Part shown: one piece after another, positions 45,389 through 52,979 of the stretch | How the letters are laid out: each line of letters begins with the position of its first letter | Position numbering within the stretch: the first letter of the stretch is position 1 | DNA from: Alphaproteobacteria bacterium | Lineage (GTDB): Bacteria > Pseudomonadota > Alphaproteobacteria > Rickettsiales > JADKJE01 | Reading direction: 5' to 3' | Assembly: GCA_016722515.1 (NCBI GenBank) | Contig: JADKJE010000002.1 | Location: 779,682 to 843,681 of the forward strand | Length of the DNA stretch: 64,000 nt | Made by a program: the position numbers and the translations under genes | The notes under the pieces: model-generated | Told to the model about the DNA's origin: nothing | Seen by the model: the letters and a program-made list of their open reading frames with translations, nothing else | Database searches by the model: none

Positions 45389-47386
45389 ATGGGGGACATT
45401 ATGCGGTTTTCTTTTTGGGTAGGCTTTTGCGCTTGTTTAATTTTCAGTTTCCAAGCACTTGCAGCGGATGATTCAGATGAGCTTATGAAAATGGATTTAA
45501 AAGATCTTTCTTCATTGAAGGTTACTTCTGTTGGAAAAGTTGAAGAAAATGCGTTTGATGCCGCAGCTGCTATTTATGTGATAACTGAAGAAGACATTAG
45601 GAATTCCGGAGCAACTTCCGTGCCAGAATTGTTGAGAACTGTTCCTGGTGTTCAGGTTACAAGAACAGATTCAAGCCGTTGGCGTATTTCAATAAGAGGA
45701 TTTAATGAAGCTTTTACCAATAAGCTTTTGGTTCTAATCGATGGTAGAAGTGTATATACACCGCTCTTCTCTGGAGTTTATTGGGATACACAAAATGTTT
45801 TATTGGAGGATATCGCAAGAATTGAAGTTATAAGGGGGCCTGGTGGCACAATGTGGGGTGCCAACGCTGTGGCGGGGGTTATTAATATTATTCGCAAAAG
45901 CGCGTCTCAAACTCAAGGGGGATTTGTTAAGGCTTTATATGGAAATGTTGAAAGAGGAGCATTATCAGGTCGTTATGGGGGGAAAATAGGTGACAAAGGT
46001 TATTTTAAAACCTATGCAGAAACATTCGATCGTGATGAATCATTAAGGCCAGACGGAACTGGACTAAATAATGATTGGAGAGTGTCTACTGGTGGTTTTC
46101 GGATGGATTTTGATTCAATTAATAACAATCAAATCACATTTCAGGGGGATATTTATAACGGTATTAAGGATGGTGTATCTTATTTGCCCGATCTTCCCTA
46201 CCCGACAATAAACACAGTTGTAAGAGACGAAGAATTGAGTGGTGCAAATTTACTCACCCGATTTAACCATCACCATGAAGATGATTCTACAAGCCAAATT
46301 CAGGCTTATATTGATTATACCAGAAGAAATAATATCTCTTTAGATCAACGGATATATACTTTGGATTTGGATTATCAACGTTCTTGGATTGGAAATGGAA
46401 AGAATGACATTGTCGTTGGAGGGGGTGTAAGAGTTATCAAAGACTCACTTGATGAGACAGCTTACATCCGATATTCAGAAAGTAATAGAACAGATGAAAT
46501 TTTCAATGTGTTTGCTCAAGATAAAATTTCGCTTATTCCCGATAAGTTATTTGCTACATTGGGAACAAAGCTTGAATATAACCAGTATACAAATATAGAG
46601 CTTCAGCCCTCGGCCAAGATCTCATACAAACCAAAAGAAAATCAAACAGTTTGGACTTCTCTAAGTAGGTCTGTACGAACACCTTCACGAACGGAGCAAG
46701 ATGTATCCGTTATTGTTGCAGGCATTCCAGGAGGATTTGCAACATGGAATGGAAATAAAGATTTAGATAGTGAAAAGTTGATTAGTTTGGAGGGAGGATA
46801 TCGGATTAAGCCGACCAAACAAACAATGCTTGATTTCACTACTTTTGTGAATTGGTATGACAACCTTAGAACCACAGAAAAGGGAGCCGGTTTTCTTGAT
46901 ACAACTACCACATTCCCTCCGCATATAAATTTGCCATTTACTTTTGAGAATTTAGGTGCGGCTGAAGTTTTTGGAACTGAGTTATCAGGAAGTTGGAATG
47001 TAACAAAGAAGTTGAGCTTATCAGGTAGTTATAGTTATCTGCGCTTAAATTTACACCGTGATGTAGGTAGTAACGATACGTCATTTGAAAAAGCAGAGGA
47101 TCAGTCGGCACAAAATCAATTCAATCTATCTTCTGTCTATAAATTTACTCCAAGTCTTTCTATGAGCAATATATTGTCTTATGTAAGTGAGCTTAAAGGT
47201 TTTTCTGCACCTAGTTATTGGAGATTTGATACCTCAGTTAATTGGAACCCTATTGAGCATCTAGATTTCAGCCTTGTTGGACAAAATTTGCTTGATCCAT
47301 CTCATCCTGAAACGAGCGCACCGCTTTATGGTGAAGAATCCGAAATCAGAAGAAGTGTCTATGGTAAAGTAACATGGCATTTCTAA
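45389..47386 (+). CDS. TonB-dependent outer-membrane receptor, module B
   Basis: Signal peptide ...FQALAADD; plug (IYVITEEDIRNSGATSVPELLRTVPGVQV...RGFN...LIDGRSVYTP); ends ...YGKVTWHF; full-length paralog of 37402-39324. Confidence 0.9.
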   Translation: MGDIMRFSFWVGFCACLIFSFQALAADDSDELMKMDLKDLSSLKVTSVGKVEENAFDAAAAIYVITEEDIRNSGATSVPELLRTVPGVQVTRTDSSRWRISIRGFNEAFTNKLLVLIDGRSVYTPLFSGVYWDTQNVLLEDIARIEVIRGPGGTMWGANAVAGVINIIRKSASQTQGGFVKALYGNVERGALSGRYGGKIGDKGYFKTYAETFDRDESLRPDGTGLNNDWRVSTGGFRMDFDSINNNQITFQGDIYNGIKDGVSYLPDLPYPTINTVVRDEELSGANLLTRFNHHHEDDSTSQIQAYIDYTRRNNISLDQRIYTLDLDYQRSWIGNGKNDIVVGGGVRVIKDSLDETAYIRYSESNRTDEIFNVFAQDKISLIPDKLFATLGTKLEYNQYTNIELQPSAKISYKPKENQTVWTSLSRSVRTPSRTEQDVSVIVAGIPGGFATWNGNKDLDSEKLISLEGGYRIKPTKQTMLDFTTFVNWYDNLRTTEKGAGFLDTTTTFPPHINLPFTFENLGAAEVFGTELSGSWNVTKKLSLSGSYSYLRLNLHRDVGSNDTSFEKAEDQSAQNQFNLSSVYKFTPSLSMSNILSYVSELKGFSAPSYWRFDTSVNWNPIEHLDFSLVGQNLLDPSHPETSAPLYGEESEIRRSVYGKVTWHF

Positions 47387-47904
47387 GAAAAAATTTAGCT
47401 TTAATAATGATTGGTTTGGGGTTGCTAATGAGCCAATCTTATCGGGTTTTAGCAGCAGATATTTATTTTGTTAAATCGCTTTATATATATAACTTCATTA
47501 TGGCAACTGAATTTTATCCTGCCTTGAAGCATACCATAACTATTTGTACAATTGGAGATGATCATTTTGGTACAAGTTTAGATAAGGCTTCTGAGAAACT
47601 TTCATCTCGCTATGAGATAATTATCAAAAGGGGTGTATTAATCGATGATATTCCTCATTGCAATGCTTTATTTGTCGGCTCTTCTGAGGCATATCGATTA
47701 GAAAAAATCTTTTTTAAGATGGCCGATCTTCCTATTCTTTCTATTTCAGAAATTAAGGATTTCGTCAATAAGGGTGGGATAATCGAGTTCAGAGATATGA
47801 GGGATGGAAAAATAGGATTTGCTGTGAATATAAAGACAGCTAAGCAACTAAAGTTAAAGTTTGATCCTGGGCTTTTGGAGTTAGCCGTTGAAATTGTCCA
47901 TTAG
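47374..47904 (+). CDS. YfiR-like (DUF4154) periplasmic protein, module B
   Basis: Signal peptide ...YRVLAAD; ITICTIG, CNALFVGS, PILSISE...GGIIEF, FAVNIKTAKQLKLKFDPGLLELA; 13-nt overlap with TBDR-B. Confidence 0.8.
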   Translation: MAFLRKNLALIMIGLGLLMSQSYRVLAADIYFVKSLYIYNFIMATEFYPALKHTITICTIGDDHFGTSLDKASEKLSSRYEIIIKRGVLIDDIPHCNALFVGSSEAYRLEKIFFKMADLPILSISEIKDFVNKGGIIEFRDMRDGKIGFAVNIKTAKQLKLKFDPGLLELAVEIVH

Positions 47905-48493
47905 ATGAGTTAGTGACATCTTTTAAACAGAGCATCACTAGGTTCTTTTTATATCGAGTGTTTAAAAAATCATTTTTAAAAGGATAGTTAAAGCAATTTA
48001 TATCTAGTCCTAGTTTTTTTATTGATCTTCTGTAATTTATAGTGTGAATTTTAGATGATTTAGCAAATATACTTGATATATTATTGTCTAGGCTCCGAAT
48101 TATTATATAGCGAAATAGATCGGCTACTAATCCTTGTTTTCTAAATTCAGGCAGTACAGCGAGTCTTGATATCTCAGAGTAAGCATGGTATTGTAAATCA
48201 GGTATAAAAGTTGAAAGTGGAAAATTTTCATTTTCTAGGGGGATAAGATTCTTATTTTTTGGATATGATGTTGTAATTCTGGCTCCGCCAACACATACTC
48301 CATTCGATAGAATTATTAAGAAGTCACTTTGGAAATCAAATTCGTCAGGATCAACTTCAGGAAGGTTAATATTGCGTATATGCATTTCATTTCTATAAAC
48401 ATTTTTAACAATATCATAATAATCTTTGATGACGTGAACGTCCGTGGAGAACGAAAATTGCAAAGACCCTAGCGTGTTTTGAGAGACTAACAT
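47840..48493 (-). CDS. GNAT-fold N-acyltransferase, LuxI/FeeM/OlsB-like, module B
   Basis: DEFDFQSDFLIIL...VGGARIT...IPLENENF...YSEISRLAVLPEFRKQGL; 3' end overlaps the YfiR-like gene's 3' end by 65 nt. Confidence 0.5.
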   Translation of the reverse strand: MLVSQNTLGSLQFSFSTDVHVIKDYYDIVKNVYRNEMHIRNINLPEVDPDEFDFQSDFLIILSNGVCVGGARITTSYPKNKNLIPLENENFPLSTFIPDLQYHAYSEISRLAVLPEFRKQGLVADLFRYIIIRSLDNNISSIFAKSSKIHTINYRRSIKKLGLDINCFNYPFKNDFLNTRYKKNLVMLCLKDVTNSSNGQFQRLTPKAQDQTLTLVA

Positions 48494-48556
48494 TTGTTCC
48501 TCCTGCCCAGTTTAGTTGATGAGTATAGTTAAAATAGCTAGTTTGGAAACAAGATT

Positions 48557-50080
48557 ATGAATGGTTATATCAAGAACTTAATTGGAAATAAATCGCTCAG
48601 ATCAAAATTGCTTATACTCTCACTGGGATCATGTGGAAGCATTATCATGGTACTATATGTAGCATTCGTTATAACAACCTATTTTGACTCAAGAAACGGT
48701 TTATCACATGAATTAAAACTTCTAGCTCAACTGGTTGGAAACAGAAACGCCGTCTTGATGAGCTTTCAAGATTATGATGAAATCAGAAAAAATCTTAAGA
48801 TTTTTGATGTTAAAAAAGATGTTATAGCTTCTTGTATTTATTCAAAGAATCAAGAGTTGGTTGTGTCCTTAATTAAGGATGGGAATCCATTTTCTTGTAG
48901 TCCTTATGCGACAAAAAATTGGAATTACCTGACTGTTAACGAAGATATAGAACTAAATAATGTAATCTTAGGTAAAATAATTATTTATGCAAAAACAAAT
49001 TATATAATAAAAGATCTTATAATTCGCTTAACATATGCATCTGGTATATTTATAATAATATCAATAATTGTTATTTTGTTTTCTTATAAAATTCAAACAT
49101 TTATCTCAATCCCGATTGATAATTTAATAAATATAACTTCTTCAATTAAGACGGGGAATTATAATATACGTGCGAAAAAATTATATGAAGACGAAATTGG
49201 GATTTTGACAGAATCGTTTAATTCAATGTTGACCACAATTCATGAGAGGGATTTAAATCTAAAGGAAATGAACCAATCGTTAGAACAAAAAGTTCAAGAA
49301 CGCACCGAGGATCTAGAATACGCTCTCAAAGTCAAAGAAGACTTCCTCTCGAATATGAGCCACGAAATTCGCACTCCTATTCATGGAGTAATTAGTTTTG
49401 TGCGCCTTTTGGTCGAAGAATGGAATACCTCAGATGATGATATACTGTTTAATTATGCTCAGCGTGCTCATAAATCGAGTGATCGGCTTTTGGCTTTGAT
49501 TAATAACCTGTTAGATATGTCTAAATTTGAGAAAGGGGCGGTACAGCTGGAGCGTAAAGAATTGCTGTTCAGTGATCTGATTCAAACCGTTATTGCAGAA
49601 ACCAGCGGAGTAGTCGAGGCAAAACATGAGAAGCTAGTGTTTCAACCCATGGCCAACGAACCATTAGTGGAAGTAGACGAGGGACGGATGGCGCAGGTGA
49701 TGACCAATTTAATTGGTAATGCTGTTAAATATTCTGAGAAGGGCACCATAAGGATTTCCCAGAGTGTCAATCCAGAAGCTATTTTTCTTGATGGGGGTGG
49801 CTCAAGCACCAGGTATGATCATTTCAATATCAGACGAAGGATTGGTATCCCTGAAGATGAATTGGTCAAAATATTTGATAAATTCTTTGAGAGCAGCCTT
49901 ACTAAAACTAAAGCCGGTGGAACAGGTTTAGGACTTGCCATCTCTAGAGAAATTGTTAAGGCGCATTTAGGTACCATTTGGGCGGAGAATAATAAGAATG
50001 GAGTAGGAAGCACATTTACTTTCGTGTTTCCCTTAAAGGAGATTCCAGGCATCACTCAGGCCACTGAGAAGTATGTATAG
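48557..50080 (+). CDS. sensor histidine kinase, module B (G1 ATP-lid box disrupted by a compensated frameshift)
   Basis: Same architecture as 40295-41806; the sensor half is highly diverged and the 3' half near-identical; residues FLDGGGSSTRYDHFNIRRRIGI replace FLEGVAQAPGMIISISDEGIGI. Confidence 0.85.
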   Translation: MNGYIKNLIGNKSLRSKLLILSLGSCGSIIMVLYVAFVITTYFDSRNGLSHELKLLAQLVGNRNAVLMSFQDYDEIRKNLKIFDVKKDVIASCIYSKNQELVVSLIKDGNPFSCSPYATKNWNYLTVNEDIELNNVILGKIIIYAKTNYIIKDLIIRLTYASGIFIIISIIVILFSYKIQTFISIPIDNLINITSSIKTGNYNIRAKKLYEDEIGILTESFNSMLTTIHERDLNLKEMNQSLEQKVQERTEDLEYALKVKEDFLSNMSHEIRTPIHGVISFVRLLVEEWNTSDDDILFNYAQRAHKSSDRLLALINNLLDMSKFEKGAVQLERKELLFSDLIQTVIAETSGVVEAKHEKLVFQPMANEPLVEVDEGRMAQVMTNLIGNAVKYSEKGTIRISQSVNPEAIFLDGGGSSTRYDHFNIRRRIGIPEDELVKIFDKFFESSLTKTKAGGTGLGLAISREIVKAHLGTIWAENNKNGVGSTFTFVFPLKEIPGITQATEKYV

Positions 50081-50769
50081 GAAGCGGTTATAAAGTGTAA
50101 ACGTTAATCAGCCAAGAAGTGCATAACGTTGACTGAGGCATAGCGGATACAGAAACCATCGTCAATGACAGGCTGTACAGTTCCAATGATGGCATCTACC
50201 CAGCTGGTCTGCCAAGCCATGTGCAGGCGTGGGTAACAATATCTTTTTGTTTACATAAGATTGTGTTTGAGGTCATAATCCAAGTGCACATTATTATGGG
50301 GGGGATAAATGCTTAGCGAAAATGAATTAATAGATGCACTATGCATGTATCTAAAAAGCCATGATTATAAAATTGTGGTAGCTCGCACAACGAAAGAGAA
50401 GGGAATCGACGTGATTGCTAAAAAGGGGACTAGCCGACTTTTAATCGAAGCCCAAGGTGACCCCGGCTCTTTTAAGGGTAGTAAGCGATATGAAAGAACG
50501 TTTAGTCCTTCTCAGATTTCAACAAGCGTTTCCACAGATTTATATCCCGCGGCTGATTTAAGCAGTCACGAGCGCCAAGGCGAAGATAAAATTGCTCTAG
50601 CATTTCCAAATCATCCTACCTATCTTACGTTTATAGCCAAAATCAGGCCGGTATTGGATGAGCTTGATATTACGGTCTTTCTTATCGGTGATGATCGATC
50701 TGTCACGTGTTTGCAAGGTCATGAATGTTGGAGATCATTTGATGTTGCCGCTGTTGATAACATCTTGTC
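49495..50769 (+). repeat. near-identical segmental repeat, copy B (kinase 3' half + cassette copy 3)
   Basis: See 41221-42413; contains an extra 81-bp block at 50190-50270. Confidence 0.9.
50268..50769 (+). repeat. 0.5-kb cassette, copy 3, G7 tract at 50298-50304
   Basis: Same boundaries; the right boundary abuts an IS30 IRL. Confidence 0.9.
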
Positions 50770-50800
50770 GGCCTGCTCTAAAATGAAGTGCAACACCTAA
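50309..50800 (+). CDS. small PD-(D/E)xK-like protein, copy 3 (IEAQG); tail encoded by the IS30 IRL
   Basis: Identical to copy 2 up to DNILS, then ACSKMKCNT* read from GGCCTGCTCTAAAATGAAGTGCAAC. Confidence 0.5.
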   Translation: MLSENELIDALCMYLKSHDYKIVVARTTKEKGIDVIAKKGTSRLLIEAQGDPGSFKGSKRYERTFSPSQISTSVSTDLYPAADLSSHERQGEDKIALAFPNHPTYLTFIAKIRPVLDELDITVFLIGDDRSVTCLQGHECWRSFDVAAVDNILSACSKMKCNT

Positions 50801-50885
50801 TGATGTTTGTTGTTAAAGACAAGGATATCAAGCTCCAGGAATGTGTTATGGAACACATGCAGAACCATTTCTGGACACCTGAGCA
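50770..50885 (+). mobile_element. internally deleted IS30-family fragment (IRL + internal piece)
   Basis: GGCCTGCTCTAAAATGAAGTGCAACACCTAATGATGTTTGTTGT, then DKDIKLQECVMEHMQNHFWTPEQ (equals 34410-34475 of the full copy). Confidence 0.8.
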
Positions 50886-51005
50886 ATTCGCCGCGATCAA
50901 CACCACATTGGGCATGCCCAATGCGGTGTTGATCGCGAAACCAAAAGCAGTTATAAGAAACTCAGGACTCTACTTCTAACTGGTACAACATTTGGGAGCA
51001 CCTCA
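50886..51005 (+). mobile_element. IS3-family right-end remnant (120 bp)
   Basis: ttcgccgcgatcaacacc...ctggtacaacatttgggagcacctca matches 44678-44797. Confidence 0.85.
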
Positions 51006-51057
51006 GAACTTAGAAAAGTGGATTGCGCAGATGTGGCTGATTTAATGGAGGTATAAG

Positions 51058-51663
51058 ATGGTATTGGAAAATAAGCTGAACATCACCAACCAAGTTGAAC
51101 TTGGCAGAGCTGAGGAAAAAATCAGCAAGCAAAAAGCCAAACAGCTTTTTGATACTGAGGAAATCAACAAGATTGAGGTCGGGACATTTGCAGGGCTGGC
51201 GCAGATTCATAGAATCCTATTTGAAGATATTTATGATTTTGCAGGCAAAATCCGTGAGGTGAATATCGCCAAGGGCAATTTCCGCTTCGCTCCGCTGATG
51301 TATTTGAAGCCGTCGCTGGAACATATCGACGCAATGGCGCAAGGCAGCTTTGATGAAATTATTGAAAAATATGTTGAGATGAACATTGCCCATCCCTTCA
51401 GAGAGGGCAATGGACGCGCAACGCGCATCTGGCTTGATGTTATACTGAAAGCAAACATCCAAAAAGTGATTGATTGGAATCTGGTGGATAAGGAAGCATA
51501 CTTATCCGCCATGGAACGCAGCGTGGTGAAGGACGTTGAAATTAAGCAACTTCTTGGAGCTGCGCTCACCGATAAAATTCATGACCGCGAAACCTTCATG
51601 AAAGGCATTGACGTCAGCTATTACTATGAGGGCTATAGCGAATTCAAAACCAAGGATTTGTAA
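51058..51663 (+). CDS. fic: Fic-domain protein (AMPylase family), class III-like with a C-terminal inhibitory motif
   Basis: HPFREGNGRATR Fic motif; C-terminal SYYYEG fits (S/T)xxxE(G/N); 201 aa single-domain. Confidence 0.85.
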   Translation: MVLENKLNITNQVELGRAEEKISKQKAKQLFDTEEINKIEVGTFAGLAQIHRILFEDIYDFAGKIREVNIAKGNFRFAPLMYLKPSLEHIDAMAQGSFDEIIEKYVEMNIAHPFREGNGRATRIWLDVILKANIQKVIDWNLVDKEAYLSAMERSVVKDVEIKQLLGAALTDKIHDRETFMKGIDVSYYYEGYSEFKTKDL

Positions 51664-51780
51664 CGAGAGGAATTCAGTGTGGTTTTATGAGCTTTATGCA
51701 TAAGTTCCTATGATCCTTTATGGATCGAATTATACCCCTCACACCTCAAGAGTTAGGATGTTGGTCAAGGAGAAGAAATA

Positions 51781-52536
51781 ATGACAGCAGAAAACCAATC
51801 ATGGAATGTGGGACTGTACAATCAAAATGCTTCCTTCGTATCTGAATACGGACAGGAAGTTTTAGAGTGGCTTGCGCCAAAATCGGGAGAAAGAATTCTA
51901 GATGTGGGCTGCGGTGAGGGAACGCTAGCCCTCATCATGTCGGAATGCAAAGCACATGTTGTGGGAATCGATGCTAGTGAGGATATGGTAGAGGCCGCCA
52001 AAAAGAAAGGAGTGGAGGCCTATGTAATGGACGCGGCAGCCTTATCCTATAAACAAGCATTTGATGCTGTGTTTTCAAATGCTACTTTGCACTGGGTTAA
52101 GCCACCTGAAAAGGCGGTAGAAGGAATCTTTAACGCGCTAAAAGACGGAGGGCGCTTTGTGGCCGAATTTGGGGGAAAGGGGAATGTTGAAACCATTCAA
52201 ACTGCTCTTATAGAATCCGTTTCAAAACGAGACAAGGATGGAAAGGAACTTAATCCCTGGTATTTTCCCTCGCCCGATGAATATAAAAATCTACTTGAAG
52301 CGCAAGGGTTCAGCGTTGAAAAATGTGAACTATTTATACGTCCTACCCCGCTTAAAACCGGTATTGAAGGATGGCTGCGAACCTTTGCAAATCCGTTTCT
52401 ATCATCATTCTCAGAACAGGAAGCCAAGGATATTATAACAGAAGTGATTGTGCAGGTACGCCCTATCCTTTGGAATCAGGATATGGGATGGTTTGCCGAT
52501 TATGTACGTCTTAGGGTGAAGGCAATAAAAGGTTAA
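51781..52536 (+). CDS. class I SAM-dependent methyltransferase (Tam-like)
   Basis: ILDVGCGEGTL motif I, IDASEDM, NATLHW. Confidence 0.8.
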   Translation: MTAENQSWNVGLYNQNASFVSEYGQEVLEWLAPKSGERILDVGCGEGTLALIMSECKAHVVGIDASEDMVEAAKKKGVEAYVMDAAALSYKQAFDAVFSNATLHWVKPPEKAVEGIFNALKDGGRFVAEFGGKGNVETIQTALIESVSKRDKDGKELNPWYFPSPDEYKNLLEAQGFSVEKCELFIRPTPLKTGIEGWLRTFANPFLSSFSEQEAKDIITEVIVQVRPILWNQDMGWFADYVRLRVKAIKG

Positions 52537-52541
52537 TAAAG

Positions 52542-52979
52542 ATGACTCATATTAACACCTGTGCCCGTGCGTGCGTCGTTCATGAAAATAAATTGCTGCT
52601 GGTCAGCAATGACGGCAGCTACTGGTATTTACCAGGCGGGCATATGGAACCACGAGAGAATCTTGCGGTATGTGTTAAGCGTGAAGTTTTTGAAGAAACT
52701 GGGTACGAAGTAGAACTTCAGGATATTCTTTATGTTTTTGAATTTTACGATAAACGCATTGATAGCCATAAAATAGAATGTGTTTTCCGTGGTGTTATTG
52801 ATGCCCATCCAGAAACACATGCATGGTTTGATTTAGGACATGATAAATCTGTTACCCTGAAACAGTGGTTTACCTTGGAAGAAATTCAAGCCAGAAATGA
52901 TGTAAAACCACAATTCCTCAAAGATGGAAAGTGGCTAGTGAAGGAAAATAATAAGGTGTACAAGGGCTGCTATGAATAA
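52542..52979 (+). CDS. NUDIX hydrolase
   Basis: Nudix box GGHMEPRENLAVCVKREVFEETG. Confidence 0.85.
   Translation: MTHINTCARACVVHENKLLLVSNDGSYWYLPGGHMEPRENLAVCVKREVFEETGYEVELQDILYVFEFYDKRIDSHKIECVFRGVIDAHPETHAWFDLGHDKSVTLKQWFTLEEIQARNDVKPQFLKDGKWLVKENNKVYKGCYE

Noticed and set aside
51010-51569. Minus-strand ORFs (51010-51210, 51217-51462, 51231-51569) overlapping fic
   Set aside because: The plus-strand gene carries the canonical Fic motif, and the antisense ORFs have no support.
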